Assembly (NCBI GenBank): GCA_029557905.1
Contig: JAKQHR010000072.1
Coordinates: forward strand, 23,109-87,108
DNA: 64,000 bases
Origin: Verrucomicrobiota bacterium
GTDB lineage: Bacteria > Verrucomicrobiota > Kiritimatiellia > JAKQHR01
Direction: 5' to 3'
The position numbers and the translations under genes were made by a program. Positions 19,438-29,627 of the stretch are shown piece after piece; the first letter of the stretch is position 1, and every line of letters begins with the position of its first letter. The notes beneath the pieces are model-generated. The model was not told where the DNA came from, ran no database searches, and saw only the letters and a list, made by a program, of their open reading frames with translations.

Positions 19438-20659
19438 GGAAAAACCTCGCTGTCTTTTCGACGACATCCGCCAGGGCGTCCACTTCGTGCCGGTCATTGT
19501 ACAGGTAAAAACTGGCGCGGCTCAGGGCGGCAAAGCCGTAGCGAACCACGAGAGGCTGAGCGCAGTGGTGACCCGCGCGTATGGCAATGCCCTCCTGGTC
19601 CGCGAACTGGGCCATGTCGTGCGGATGCACGTTTTTCATGTGCCATGCGATCACGGCGCCCCGGTGGGCGGCTCGGCCCACGATCTGGATCCCGGAGAGG
19701 GCGTCCAGACGCTGCAGGGCGTACCGGACGAGTTCCTGTTCATGCTGGAAGATGCGGTCCATCCCCGCGGCTTCGAGATAGTCAATGGCCGCCTTCAGCC
19801 CCGCCGCGCCGGCCACGTTGGGCGTGCCGGCCTCGAACTTGTACGGAACATCGGCCCAGACCGCATCCCGAAGGGCTACGCGATGGATCATGCTGCCGCC
19901 TGTTTGATACGGACGCATCCGGTCCAGCAGTTCACGCTTCGCGTACAGCACGCCAATGCCCATGGGGCCCAGCATTTTGTGGCCGGAGAAGGCAAGGAAA
20001 TCGCAGTCCAGATCGGCCACATCCACCTTGAAATGCGGAAGGCTCTGCGCGGCATCTATGAGCACCCGCGCCCCGGCTGAATGCGCGGCGGCAATGCACT
20101 GCCTGACCGGATTGATGGTTCCCAGCACGTTGGACATGTGGGTCATCGCCAGTATCTTCACTTTCGGAGACAGCATCTGCTGAAAGGCGTCCATGTCGAG
20201 CGCGCCGTCCTCCCGGCCGGGGATAAAACAGAGTTCCGCGCCGGTCTGCCGGGCGAGCTGCTGCCAGGGAAGCAGATTGCTGTGGTGCTCCATCACTGTC
20301 AGGAGAATCTGATCTCCCGGCCGGAGCGCCGCCGCGCCGTAAGCTGACGCCGCCAGATTAATGCTTTCCGTGGCGCCACGCGTGAACACCACCTCCTGCG
20401 GAGAACCGGCGCCGATGAAATCCGCCACCCGCGCGCGGGCGGATTCAAGGATTTCGGTCGCCTCCTCGGACAGCTGATGGAATCCGCGGTGCACGTTGGC
20501 GTTGTGGTTCCGATAATAGTCGCACACGGCCTCGATCACGCATTCCGGCTTCTGCGTGGTGGCCGCGTTGTCGAGATAAACCAGGCGCTTCCCCCCGCGC
20601 ATTGTGCGGGCAAGAATCGGGAAATCCCTCCGGATCCGCTCTGTGTTCAGCGCATTCAT
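19427..20659 (-). CDS. sufS: cysteine desulfurase (SufS type)
   Basis: YLDNAATTQKP...FSGHKMLGPMGIGVLY (PLP lysine)...RAGHHCAQP (active-site Cys) is the class II NifS/SufS signature. The start is set at [16 protein letters not shown] and overlaps the lolD stop. Confidence 0.85.
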   Translation of the reverse strand: MNALNTERIRRDFPILARTMRGGKRLVYLDNAATTQKPECVIEAVCDYYRNHNANVHRGFHQLSEEATEILESARARVADFIGAGSPQEVVFTRGATESINLAASAYGAAALRPGDQILLTVMEHHSNLLPWQQLARQTGAELCFIPGREDGALDMDAFQQMLSPKVKILAMTHMSNVLGTINPVRQCIAAAHSAGARVLIDAAQSLPHFKVDVADLDCDFLAFSGHKMLGPMGIGVLYAKRELLDRMRPYQTGGSMIHRVALRDAVWADVPYKFEAGTPNVAGAAGLKAAIDYLEAAGMDRIFQHEQELVRYALQRLDALSGIQIVGRAAHRGAVIAWHMKNVHPHDMAQFADQEGIAIRAGHHCAQPLVVRYGFAALSRASFYLYNDRHEVDALADVVEKTARFFHGL

Positions 20660-21357
20660 TCCTGATCGGTTTCCAGCCGTCCGTCGCGGAGAAACAGGAC
20701 GCGGTCGCACTGGTCGCAAAGCGCGCGGTTGTGCGAAACCAGCAGGAGCGTGACCTGATGCTCCTCCACCAGCCGGAAGAGGCATTGAAGCACAGTGTCC
20801 CCCGTCTTTGAATCCAGGTTACCGGTGGGTTCATCGCAGAAAAGAATTTCCGGGTTGTTCATCATCGCGCGCGCCACCGCGGTGCGCTGCTGCTCTCCGC
20901 CGGATAGTTCCGTCGGGAGATGATGCAGGCGTCCGGAAAGTCCCACGCTGGAGAGCAGGCTTTCTGCGCGGTCTCGCGTTGCACGGCTTTTCGGCTGCAG
21001 TCTTCGCGGGAGGGCCATCGCCGGGAGCATGACATTTTCCAGCACGGTCAGCTCGGGCAGAAGATAATAGGCCTGGAAAATAAAGCCGGTCTGGCTTGCG
21101 CGCAGCGCCGTCCGCCGGGCCGGGGACTGACTGTACACATCCGTCCCGTCAAACATCACGCGGCCGGCGGTTGGAGATTCCAGGCCTCCGAGCACATGCA
21201 GCAGTGTGGTTTTCCCGGCGCCGCTTGCGCCCATGATGGCCGTGCGCTCGCCGCGACCGAGCGACAGTGAAACCCCCTTCAGGACAGGGATCACCACGGC
21301 GCCCATGACGAAGCTCTTGTCAATGGCATCCGCCTGAAGCAGTGGACGGTCATTCAT
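20656..21357 (-). CDS. lolD: ABC transporter ATP-binding protein, lipoprotein-releasing LolD-like
   Basis: Walker [10 protein letters not shown], signature LSGGEQQR, Walker [13 protein letters not shown]. Paired with an FtsX-like permease in the lolC/E-lolD order. Confidence 0.65.
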   Translation of the reverse strand: MNDRPLLQADAIDKSFVMGAVVIPVLKGVSLSLGRGERTAIMGASGAGKTTLLHVLGGLESPTAGRVMFDGTDVYSQSPARRTALRASQTGFIFQAYYLLPELTVLENVMLPAMALPRRLQPKSRATRDRAESLLSSVGLSGRLHHLPTELSGGEQQRTAVARAMMNNPEILFCDEPTGNLDSKTGDTVLQCLFRLVEEHQVTLLLVSHNRALCDQCDRVLFLRDGRLETDQE

Positions 21358-22573
21358 AGTGCAGGGCCCTCGCAGGATCCAGACGGGCGGCGCGCCACGC
21401 CGGCACCAGCCCCGCCAGCGTGCAGATGATCACCACCACCAGGGCCACCATCGCCACATCCGTCAGCGATGTCGTGGACGGGATTTCGCTCAGATGATAG
21501 AGATCCTTCGGAAGCAGTTCCATGCCCAGCCGCCGGTTCATCCAGCTCATCAAATCGTTCCGGTAATAAAGAACAAGCAGTCCGGCGGCCATGCCGGACA
21601 GCGTTCCGAGCACGCCGCAGATCCATCCCTGCCAGAGGAAAACCCGCATGATGCCGCCGGAGCTGAAGCCGAGAGCCTTGAGCAGGCCGACCTCCTTTGT
21701 CTTCTGCACAGCCAGCGTGATCAGGGTGTTGGTGATGCCGAATGCCGCGACCACGGATATGATGATGAGCAGGAAGAACATCATGTTCTTTTCCACCTTC
21801 AGCGCCGAAAAGAGCTGCCGGTTCATGTCCATCCAGGTCTGAACCTCATATTCGGGACCGAGATCCACCTGCATTCGGGCGGCAATGGATGGCGCCCTGA
21901 AGGGATCCCCGGTCATCACCTGAATGCCGTGCACCCCGCGCTCCATGCTGTACATGCTTCGCGCCGTGTCCAGCGAAGTGAGCATGAATCCCATGTCAAA
22001 ATCCCACATGCCCAGCTCAAATATCCCGCTCACCGTCAGCTCCTCCGGGAGCCGCAGTTCGTCGGCCACAGTGAAATTTTTCGGTGAGTAAACCAGAATC
22101 CGGTCGCCAAGGCCCGCGCCGACGCGCGCCGCGAGATCGCGGCCGAGAATCACTTCGTCATCTTCGACCGAAAAGACGCCTTCCGCCATGTGGGCGGGGA
22201 TCTGACTGATGCGCCTCTCCATCTCGGGGTCAATGCCGCGCATGACAGGAGTGTAAACGTGATCCTCGTGCTGGATAAACACGAGCCCCTGCACAAAGGG
22301 CGCGGCACCCTTTACTCCGGGAACCTCCGCAAGCCGCTCCATGACAGCATCCTCGTCCTCCATGATCCCCCAGCCCGTCACGGTGAGGTGCGCGTTGAAT
22401 CCAAGAATCTTGTCGCGCCACATGTCGTCGAACCCGCTCATCACGGACAGGACAATGACCAGCACCGCCACGCCCAGCAGCACCCCCAGCACGGAAATCA
22501 GCGTCACAACGGAAACAAACGTGCGCTTGGGGCGGAGATACTTGAGAGCCAGGAACAGCGAAAACGGAAGCTT
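21350..22573 (-). CDS. ABC transporter permease, LolC/LolE (FtsX-like) family
   Basis: MKLPFSLFLALKYLRPKR N-terminus, large periplasmic loop and C-terminal FtsX-type TM bundle. The start is set at Met21 of ORF 21350..22633. Confidence 0.7.
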   Translation of the reverse strand, partial: KLPFSLFLALKYLRPKRTFVSVVTLISVLGVLLGVAVLVIVLSVMSGFDDMWRDKILGFNAHLTVTGWGIMEDEDAVMERLAEVPGVKGAAPFVQGLVFIQHEDHVYTPVMRGIDPEMERRISQIPAHMAEGVFSVEDDEVILGRDLAARVGAGLGDRILVYSPKNFTVADELRLPEELTVSGIFELGMWDFDMGFMLTSLDTARSMYSMERGVHGIQVMTGDPFRAPSIAARMQVDLGPEYEVQTWMDMNRQLFSALKVEKNMMFFLLIIISVVAAFGITNTLITLAVQKTKEVGLLKALGFSSGGIMRVFLWQGWICGVLGTLSGMAAGLLVLYYRNDLMSWMNRRLGMELLPKDLYHLSEIPSTTSLTDVAMVALVVVIICTLAGLVPAWRAARLDPARALHYE

Positions 22574-22575
22574 CA

Positions 22576-24021
22576 TCAGGCATTCCTGGGTTTCAGATGG
22601 GGAAACAGAATCACATCGCGGATGGTTTCGCATCCCGACAGAATCAGCATCAGACGGTCAATGCCAATGCCCATGCCTCCGGCGGGCGGCATACCGTGCT
22701 CCAGAGCGGTCAGGAAATCCTGGTCCATCTTCTGCACATCTTCGCCGGCCTGTTCCGCAAGGCGGCGGCGCTGCTCCAGCGGGTCATTCAACTCGGTGTA
22801 GCCGGGGGCGATTTCGCACCCGCCGATTTCCAGCTCAAACACATCCACCACCGAAGGATCATCCGCGCAGGTTTTCGCCAGCGGGACCAGTTCCGTGGGC
22901 AGGCGGGTGACAAACGTCGGGTTCATCAGGGTTTTTTCTATAACCTTCTCATACACTTCATGGGTCACTTCAGCCATGCCCCACGCCGGGTCCAGTTCGC
23001 ATCCGAGCTGCTCCGCGCGTTTGCGGGCTTCATCCACCGGCAAATCAAACCAGTCGGCGCCCGCGCGCTCCTTCACCAGATCCCTGTACGCGGCCGTGCG
23101 CCAGGGCGGCGTCAGGTCAATCCGCCGGTCCCCTTCTCCCACAACCAGCGTCCCGAACACCTTCTGCGCCACATGCGTCACGAGGTCCTGCACCAGAGAC
23201 TTCATGCTGTTCACATCGCCGAAGGCCTCGTAGATCTCCAGCATGGTGAATTCGGGGTTATGCGTCCGCGAAAGCCCTTCGTTGCGGAAATTGCGGTTCA
23301 TCTCGAAAACCTTGTCGAACCCGCCCACCAGCAGCCGCTTCAAATAGAGTTCGGGCGCAATGCGCAGATACATGTCTGTCTTCAGGGCGTTGTAGTGGGT
23401 CACGAAGGGCTTGGCGGCGGCGCCGCCGGCCATGACCTGCAGCATCGGTGTTTCCACTTCGGAAAAACCGCGCTCCGCCAGGAATGTTCTGATCTCGCGC
23501 ACCATGGCCACGCGCTTGTTGAACACCTCGCGCACTTCGGGATTGGCAATCAGGTCGAGGTAGCGCTGGCGGTACCGGATTTCCGTATCCTGCAGGCCGT
23601 GCCATTTTTCAGGCAGCGGCAGCAGGGCCTTGGAAAGAAGCTCCCATTTCTGGACCTTGATGGTCTTTTCGCCGGTGCGGGTGACAAACAGTTCGCCTTC
23701 AACGCCAAGCTGATCACCAATGTCAAGAATCTTGAAGGCCGCATAGGCGTCCTCGCCGACCTCATCCTTTTTCACATAAATCTGCAGCCGGCTGCTTCCG
23801 TCGCTGATATGCGCGAAAGTGGACTTGCCCATGTCGCGGCGCGCCAGGAGGCGGCCGGCCGCGCGCACCGGTTTATGTTCTTCAAAATCCGCGGCGATAT
23901 CCGACAGCCGGCCGGTGCGGGAATAGGCTTTCCCAAAGGGCTGATATCCCATCGCCTTAAGCTTTTCCATGTTCTCGAGGCGCTGCGCCCGCACTTCGCT
24001 GCTGTTTTCACTGTTTTCCAT
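22576..24021 (-). CDS. lysS: lysine--tRNA ligase (class II)
   Basis: Anticodon-binding OB fold followed by class II motifs (FRNEG, GGMGIGIDRL). Full-length match to LysS. Confidence 0.9.
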   Translation of the reverse strand: MENSENSSEVRAQRLENMEKLKAMGYQPFGKAYSRTGRLSDIAADFEEHKPVRAAGRLLARRDMGKSTFAHISDGSSRLQIYVKKDEVGEDAYAAFKILDIGDQLGVEGELFVTRTGEKTIKVQKWELLSKALLPLPEKWHGLQDTEIRYRQRYLDLIANPEVREVFNKRVAMVREIRTFLAERGFSEVETPMLQVMAGGAAAKPFVTHYNALKTDMYLRIAPELYLKRLLVGGFDKVFEMNRNFRNEGLSRTHNPEFTMLEIYEAFGDVNSMKSLVQDLVTHVAQKVFGTLVVGEGDRRIDLTPPWRTAAYRDLVKERAGADWFDLPVDEARKRAEQLGCELDPAWGMAEVTHEVYEKVIEKTLMNPTFVTRLPTELVPLAKTCADDPSVVDVFELEIGGCEIAPGYTELNDPLEQRRRLAEQAGEDVQKMDQDFLTALEHGMPPAGGMGIGIDRLMLILSGCETIRDVILFPHLKPRNA

Positions 24022-24154
24022 GATGATTGCTCCAAAAAGACTGCGGAGAGACTAGCCCCCGGCCCCGGTGAAGTCAAGAAACGCCCATTCGCAACATCAG
24101 CGTCCAGATAATGATTGCGATGCCGGGATGAATGTTCTATAGATGCCGCTTCAC

Positions 24155-24240
24155 GCCGGAGTGGCGAAATGGCAGACGCACTGGACTCAAAATCCAGCGC
24201 CTTCACGGGCGTGTGGGTTCGACTCCCACCTCCGGCACCA
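24155..24240 (+). tRNA. tRNA-Leu (anticodon CAA), type II with long variable arm, CCA encoded
   Basis: Acceptor gccggag/ctccggc. Anticodon stem ctgga/tccag with loop cTCAAaa. Variable arm cgcc-ttcac-ggcg. T arm gtggg-ttcgact-cccac. Discriminator A followed by CCA. Confidence 0.85.
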
Positions 24241-24262
24241 TGATGCAGAACAGGTGAGAACA

Positions 24263-25237
24263 ATGCAATGGACGGGTAAAAGTTTGAGAATGGCGGCGGC
24301 TTTGCTGATGCTGCCCGCCGTGCTCGCCGCCAAGCCCTATGAAAAGGGACCTGAAGGCCCCACCTGGCGCTGGTGGCGAAGGCCGGAGAAATCCGCGCCG
24401 GCGGCGCAGATGATCCATGCCCGGGACCTGCTGCAGGCCGGGAAGCTGCGCAAGGCTGCAAAGGAGTTCCGCGCGCTGGTGGACACCTGGCCGGATGTCC
24501 CCGAAGCGGCCGATGCGCAGCGCGAATATGCCCGGGTCCTGCACCGGCGCGGAAAATCTGATGACGCTTTTGCTGAATACCAGTTCCTGCTCGAGCGCTA
24601 CGGCAATCAGGCTCCGTACAATGACACGCTTGAGCAGATGCTGACCATTGCCACCGAGCGGATGAACCGCAAAGCCGCGACGCTCCTTTTCGGCGGATTC
24701 ACTGATCCGCTCAAGGCCGTTCCTCTCTTTGAGAAAATTCTTGAGCTGGCCCCGGGATGGGAAAAGGCCCCGGAAGTGTCCTGGCTGATTGGACGCGCCA
24801 ACGAACTGGGCGGCGAACGGGAGGAGGCGGTGAAATGCTATGCCGCCACACAGTACCGCTATCCCGATTCGCCCTTTGCGGAAAAGTCGGCCTTTGACAA
24901 ATCCTATGTGCTTTACACCATGTCTCAGCAGCGGCTCAAAGATGATTATCTCGCGGAGTCCGCCTGGACCAGCCTGACGCTCTATCTGCAGTCATGGCCG
25001 CATTCCGAGCGCGCGGATAAAGCCATTCAGTACCGCAATCATCTTTTCAGCCAGCGCGCACAGCGGGCTTATGAAAAGGCCAGCTTTTACCACAAGACGG
25101 CCAAAAACCCGGAAGCCGCGCTGATCGCCTACCGCAGATTTCTGCAGCAGTTTCCGAATTCAGGATGGACGACGCTGGCGGAAATGCGTATACAGGAGCT
25201 CACAAACCTTTTGGAGCGGAAAAATGCAAATAAATAG
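24263..25237 (+). CDS. secreted TPR-repeat protein (BamD/YfiO-like fold?)
   Basis: Signal peptide MQWTGKSLRMAAALLMLPAVLAA, then helical repeat pairs. The ORF-track start at 24143 would overlap the tRNA, so it was rejected. Confidence 0.5.
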   Translation: MQWTGKSLRMAAALLMLPAVLAAKPYEKGPEGPTWRWWRRPEKSAPAAQMIHARDLLQAGKLRKAAKEFRALVDTWPDVPEAADAQREYARVLHRRGKSDDAFAEYQFLLERYGNQAPYNDTLEQMLTIATERMNRKAATLLFGGFTDPLKAVPLFEKILELAPGWEKAPEVSWLIGRANELGGEREEAVKCYAATQYRYPDSPFAEKSAFDKSYVLYTMSQQRLKDDYLAESAWTSLTLYLQSWPHSERADKAIQYRNHLFSQRAQRAYEKASFYHKTAKNPEAALIAYRRFLQQFPNSGWTTLAEMRIQELTNLLERKNANK

Positions 25238-25739
25238 AATGTGTGCGGGTCTTTTTTGCGCAGTGCTGCTGTTGAATCTCTGCGGCTGCGTGGGCTATCA
25301 GCTTGGATCCATGCTTCCAGGTGATATTCGCACCGTCTGCGTGCCCACCTTTGTGAACAACACGGATGAGCCGAACATTGAGATTGAGACAACCCAGGCG
25401 ACCATTCGCGAGATTCAGCAGGACGGATCCCTGAAAATCGCATCATGCGAGGAGGCTGACGCCATTCTCGAAGTTGTGCTCAAGGAATACGAACTGGAGC
25501 CCATCAGCTACGGCCGGGACCGCGAAACCACGGCCGAGGAGTACCGCATCTGGATCCGGGCCAGTTATGTGTTCCGGAAACTTTCCGACGACACCGTGGT
25601 TTCCGAGGCCCCCAACGTCCGGGGCCAGTCTACCACCGAATTTTCAGGGGACCTTTCTCTGATGAAAAGGACCGAGTTGCCCCGCACCGCACGCGACCTC
25701 GCCCACGAGATCGTGGAGCGCATGGTCGAAGCATGGTAG
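25224..25739 (+). CDS. LptE-like lipoprotein (LPS assembly)
   Basis: Lipobox LLNLCGCVGYQLGS parallels E. coli LptE CGWHLRD. Size (171 aa) and overall pattern fit. Confidence 0.5.
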   Translation: MQINRMCAGLFCAVLLLNLCGCVGYQLGSMLPGDIRTVCVPTFVNNTDEPNIEIETTQATIREIQQDGSLKIASCEEADAILEVVLKEYELEPISYGRDRETTAEEYRIWIRASYVFRKLSDDTVVSEAPNVRGQSTTEFSGDLSLMKRTELPRTARDLAHEIVERMVEAW

Positions 25740-25770
25740 GAATCCTCCGGCAGGACGGCGGCATACGCAT

Positions 25771-26721
25771 TCAGCGCATGGACCGCAGGACCGTCTTCAG
25801 GCGACCGACAATAACCGGAACCCAGTATTCCTGAGCATCAGAGGTTCCGTCGCGCCAGAACAGGCGGTACAGCCAGTTCATATAGGCGATGCCCTGCAGA
25901 GCCAGAAAAAGATTCAGGTCGCTGTCTGAACAACGGCCGCGTCCATAGGTTTTTGCCACGACTTCCTTGAAAGCGTCGAAACGCGGATCCCCGATGAATT
26001 CAAAAAGAATGTGGGCCAGATCGAAGAGATACCAGCCGAAGCCGCACTCATCGAAATCAATCATGTTCGCTTTACCGTCATCGAACAGGAAATTGCCGGC
26101 ATGCAGGTCATAATGAATGAGACCAAAGGTTTGCGCGGTGCGCGGATATTCCTTCAGGCGCGCCCGGATCAAGTCATTGACGTCCCGCAGATATGAGCAG
26201 GCCTGCGGTTCAATCTGCTTCATGAATTCATCGCCCGCGGTCCACGATTTTTCGCCAAAGAACCAGCCGTCGTCATAAACGGGCCGCACAAATCCGGCGG
26301 GCGGCCGGTAGGCTGAAGAGAAGCCGTGCAGCTGCGCCACGGATCGGGCCATGGATGCCATGTGGGCCGAAGTGATTTCATTTCCCCCGAGATGCACTCC
26401 GCTCACCCAGTTGAAGATGATGCACATGTAATCATGTCCACCGTCGTTAACCATGCAGAAAAGCTCTCCGCTCCGGGCAGCCAGCGGCGCGGGTATATCA
26501 GCGCCCGTGCGCGTATGGAAGTCGTGGAGGACCATCAGTTCCGAGGCAATCTGCTCCTGATAGTCCCCGATGATCCTGCGGATGCGCAGCGCATAATAAC
26601 GGCCGTTGTCTGTTTGCAGTCTGAACACCACGTTTTCCGAAGTGCGCACATGCTCGTATCCGGTCACCATGAGATCGTAGTGATCAAGAAAGCGCGGCAG
26701 CAGTTCGGAATAATTTTTCAC
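25771..26721 (-). CDS. phosphotransferase-family kinase (APH / homoserine kinase II-like fold)
   Basis: LIHYDLHAGNFLFDD (catalytic HxDxxxxN) and IDFDECGFG (DFG-like) motifs of the APH / choline kinase superfamily. Confidence 0.6.
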   Translation of the reverse strand: MKNYSELLPRFLDHYDLMVTGYEHVRTSENVVFRLQTDNGRYYALRIRRIIGDYQEQIASELMVLHDFHTRTGADIPAPLAARSGELFCMVNDGGHDYMCIIFNWVSGVHLGGNEITSAHMASMARSVAQLHGFSSAYRPPAGFVRPVYDDGWFFGEKSWTAGDEFMKQIEPQACSYLRDVNDLIRARLKEYPRTAQTFGLIHYDLHAGNFLFDDGKANMIDFDECGFGWYLFDLAHILFEFIGDPRFDAFKEVVAKTYGRGRCSDSDLNLFLALQGIAYMNWLYRLFWRDGTSDAQEYWVPVIVGRLKTVLRSMR

Positions 26722-27257
26722 TTGCGCTTTTGAGTTCCCGTTATTGGATCAGGGCAGTGCGGCCTGCGGCCGCATTTCCCGCAGTGCACCCCCATCCACA
26801 CCTGGTCGAACTGCTCCATGATCTGCCGGACCATGGATGCATCCGTTGTCACAATCCCGGATTCAAAATTGCGGCGCTGAGGGCTTTTTGCGCCCATGCC
26901 GGCTCCGGTCAGGTTTGCACTTCCGGTATAGGCCACGCGGCCGTCCACAATGACGGACTTGAAGTGCACCCGCGGGCACAGGATGCGCTCCATGCCGGAA
27001 ATCAGATTGGGATACCGGTCAAAATCGCGCCGGAAGTTCGGGCCCGGCTCCTTGGCGTGAAGCAGGCGGATCGCAACGCCCTGCGCGCAGAGCGCGGACA
27101 ACACCCCGAGGAACGGGATCATGCGCCGGCCCTGCGCCACATGGAGGTCCTTCAGGTCCGCCGTCGCGAGCCACAGGAATTCCCTCGCCTGCGGCACGTC
27201 GGTCTGTATCACACGCCGGTAAATCTCCGCATCGCTGATGAATTCGGTGTTTGGCAT
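26718..27257 (-). CDS. phospholipase D-family (single HKD) protein, Nuc-like
   Basis: HFKSVIVDGRVAYTGSANLT is the HxK(x4)D(x6)GSxN motif. C-terminal Cys cluster HCGKCGRRPHC. The start is set at MPNTEFI (ORF-track start 27305). Confidence 0.6.
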   Translation of the reverse strand: MPNTEFISDAEIYRRVIQTDVPQAREFLWLATADLKDLHVAQGRRMIPFLGVLSALCAQGVAIRLLHAKEPGPNFRRDFDRYPNLISGMERILCPRVHFKSVIVDGRVAYTGSANLTGAGMGAKSPQRRNFESGIVTTDASMVRQIMEQFDQVWMGVHCGKCGRRPHCPDPITGTQKRK

Positions 27258-27305
27258 TTCTAAATGGATTTGGCGCCTGTCACAGGGCGTTTTGTCAGAA
27301 AACAC

Positions 27306-27423
27306 GATTTTTCACCGTTTTGGGCATTTTCGGGCATTTTTTGACGTTTTTAGGCCGTTTTTGACCATTTTTTGGCCTTTTAGGGCCATTTTTCATCATT
27401 TTTGAGGCCTTTTCGGCCTGCCA
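27306..27423. repeat. phased T-tract element (about 11 T4-6 tracts at 10-11 bp period), copy 2
   Basis: atttttcaccg ttttgggca ttttcgggca ttttttgacg tttttaggccg tttttgacca ttttttggcc ttttagggcca tttttcatca tttttgaggcc ttttcggcc. It shares ttttttgacgtttttRggccg...tttttgRNcatttttt with the 16.5 kb copy. Confidence 0.7.
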
Positions 27424-28311
27424 TTACCGGATGAGATAAATCATCTTGTCTTCGACGCCATCGCGCTCAAAGTCTATGACGACGGTATTGAGGCGGTTCT
27501 GCATGAACTCCCGGAGCATGTATTCCGCCCGCGACTGGCTCTTCATGATCATCGAGTTGACTTTGCGAATTGTGTCGCCCTCCCGGATGCCCATGGCTTC
27601 AAAAAATTCCTTCTCGCCCTGCGGATCATATATATACCCCAGGATTGCGCCTTCCTTGTTGTAGTCGGGCCGCAGCGACGCATACAGGCTGGTGATCCGT
27701 TCCGGGTCGTCAAGAATCTCCTGGTAGTATTCCAGCAAAGCGGGCCGGCTCAGCACCCAGCGCTTTTCGCCGACACGCTTTCCAAACCTGTTTTCCTCCA
27801 GCGCGCCCTGCTCCGCCGCCGTCACGGTGACGGGCCGGCCCGGAGTGGCTCCCGGCCGGTCTGATCCCTGAAAACTCAGCCAGAGAGTCTCTTCTTTTTC
27901 ATCTTCGCGCAGAACGACATGATCATGAAAAATCGAAACCACAGTGATGCTGTCAAGGGCATCGCCTTCACTCACCAGGTGCTGCGTCTTCTTCGCGAAG
28001 TCGTCCAGAATGGCGCGCTGGTTTTTCCCGGCCGCATCCGAGAAAACGGAAAATGTCCCGGCCAGCCGGAAACGCTGAGCCAGTGACCCGGCGGCGACCC
28101 CCGCCCCGCCATCCAGGGATTTGAATACTTTCCACGTCGCGGGATCAATCTCCAGCGGGGATGACCATTCCGGAGGAGGCGGCTCTGCGGGCGGAACAGG
28201 ATTCTGCGGAAGCGGCAGGTGCCTGGAAGCAAACAGGGCCGCGGCCAGAACAACGGCGGCAAGGGCCGGCATCCGCGCCTTCAGAATGAACTGATCCCAG
28301 GAAAACTGCAT
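27424..28311 (-). CDS. membrane-anchored periplasmic protein with C-terminal PDZ-like domain (GspC-like?)
   Basis: N-terminal hydrophobic anchor MPALAAVVLAAALFA, a Pro-rich stretch and C-terminal GIREGDTIRKVN...VVIDFERDG reminiscent of a PDZ domain. Assignment is tentative. Confidence 0.4.
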   Translation of the reverse strand: MQFSWDQFILKARMPALAAVVLAAALFASRHLPLPQNPVPPAEPPPPEWSSPLEIDPATWKVFKSLDGGAGVAAGSLAQRFRLAGTFSVFSDAAGKNQRAILDDFAKKTQHLVSEGDALDSITVVSIFHDHVVLREDEKEETLWLSFQGSDRPGATPGRPVTVTAAEQGALEENRFGKRVGEKRWVLSRPALLEYYQEILDDPERITSLYASLRPDYNKEGAILGYIYDPQGEKEFFEAMGIREGDTIRKVNSMIMKSQSRAEYMLREFMQNRLNTVVIDFERDGVEDKMIYLIR

Positions 28312-28454
28312 GCGAGGACCATACCTTTTAAGGGGTCCGATGGCAATCTGTTAGACACTTCAGATTGATGTCCTCGAGACGGAACACATCCGGAGACGGC
28401 GGGATCGAATCAAATGCATTGCCAAATTCCGTTTTCTTAAGCTAGGATTGGACG

Positions 28455-29540
28455 ATGAGGAAGATAAAGAAATCAAGGTGCATGCGCTGTTTTCTGCTGC
28501 TGTTCTGGCTGGCACTGCCGGGGCTCTGCCGCAGCGCCGAAACGAACGCGGCCTCAAATGCGGCCATTGAGGAGGAGGAGCTTTATTTCTTCTATGACAC
28601 ATGGAACGTCATTTACAACAAGGAAGACCTTGTCAGGGAAATACCGGATTCCATTCGCATAGCCTCATATAATCTTGAGAACTTCACGGATGGTTACGAA
28701 GACCCGCCCGAACGGACGCCGAAGCGGCTCGCAGCTCACGTCAAGGGGGCCGCAAAAATCATTGCCGAGCTTGATCCCGACATCATCATCCTGCAGGAAC
28801 TCGAAAACAAATACGCCCTGCGGCTGCTCAACAAGGCTTTGACCAATGCCTATCCCCTGGGATACACCACTTTCTTCCGGCACCGCTGGGGCGAAATTGA
28901 CACGCTCAATATCGGGGTTCTATCCCGTATTCCCCTGAAAGACGTGCGCACCATCCGCTTCACCAAGGCCAACGGCGCTGACCGCCCCATTCGCGGCATG
29001 CTGGCTTTTGAAGTGGAAGTCGGGCCCGACGACCACCGGCTGCTGCTTTACGGGATTCACCTCAAATCCAACTACGGCAACGATGCGGCAAACCAGCGGC
29101 AGCGCAAGCGAAGCCTGGAAATCCTGATGACGGATATGGCGGCGGTGGCCAGCAATGCCCCCGGCCGCGAGTACGAAGTGCTGGTGCTCGGCGACACCAA
29201 TGTGGATCCCGACAATGAACAGTTCAAAAAAGATGTTTCGCTCAAGCCCCTGTCCTCCATGTCAGACCTGTGGCGGGGAAGACCGCTGGAGGAGCGGATC
29301 ACCATCCCCACCCGCTATGGCGATCCCGAAATGGAGTTTCCCCCGGCGGCGTTCGACCGCATCTTCGTGAGCAAAAACCTCAAGAAAGCGCCGTGGGTGG
29401 CCGGTCAGGCGCAGGTGCTCCAGAAGGGCTGCCACACCAACGACTCCTCTGTCCTTCCCGGCGACAAGGGGCATGTATCGGATCATTACCCCGTCTGGGT
29501 GGATATCCACCGGAAAAAGCCGTCCCCTGCCTCCAAATAA
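28455..29540 (+). CDS. secreted endonuclease/exonuclease/phosphatase (EEP) family protein
   Basis: Signal peptide. IASYNLENF ... IIILQE ... GDTN ... SDHYPV motifs of the DNase I-like EEP fold. Confidence 0.65.
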   Translation: MRKIKKSRCMRCFLLLFWLALPGLCRSAETNAASNAAIEEEELYFFYDTWNVIYNKEDLVREIPDSIRIASYNLENFTDGYEDPPERTPKRLAAHVKGAAKIIAELDPDIIILQELENKYALRLLNKALTNAYPLGYTTFFRHRWGEIDTLNIGVLSRIPLKDVRTIRFTKANGADRPIRGMLAFEVEVGPDDHRLLLYGIHLKSNYGNDAANQRQRKRSLEILMTDMAAVASNAPGREYEVLVLGDTNVDPDNEQFKKDVSLKPLSSMSDLWRGRPLEERITIPTRYGDPEMEFPPAAFDRIFVSKNLKKAPWVAGQAQVLQKGCHTNDSSVLPGDKGHVSDHYPVWVDIHRKKPSPASK

Positions 29541-29627
29541 CCACGCGGCAGCCGGTTTAGGAAATCCCCTGCTTGAACGCTCCCGGCCGGTTGTGTAGAG
29601 TGGCGGGCCTGAATTGAGGTTATATTT

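Noticed and set aside
24143-24262. Upstream extension of the TPR protein ORF
   Set aside because: It overlaps the tRNA-Leu gene on the same strand. The start was moved to ATG 24263 (MQWTGK), which precedes a signal peptide.
24155-25740. tRNA-Leu as a potential genomic-island integration site
   Set aside because: No integrase, direct repeat of the tRNA 3' end, or foreign-composition DNA follows it. The flanking genes are envelope biogenesis genes.
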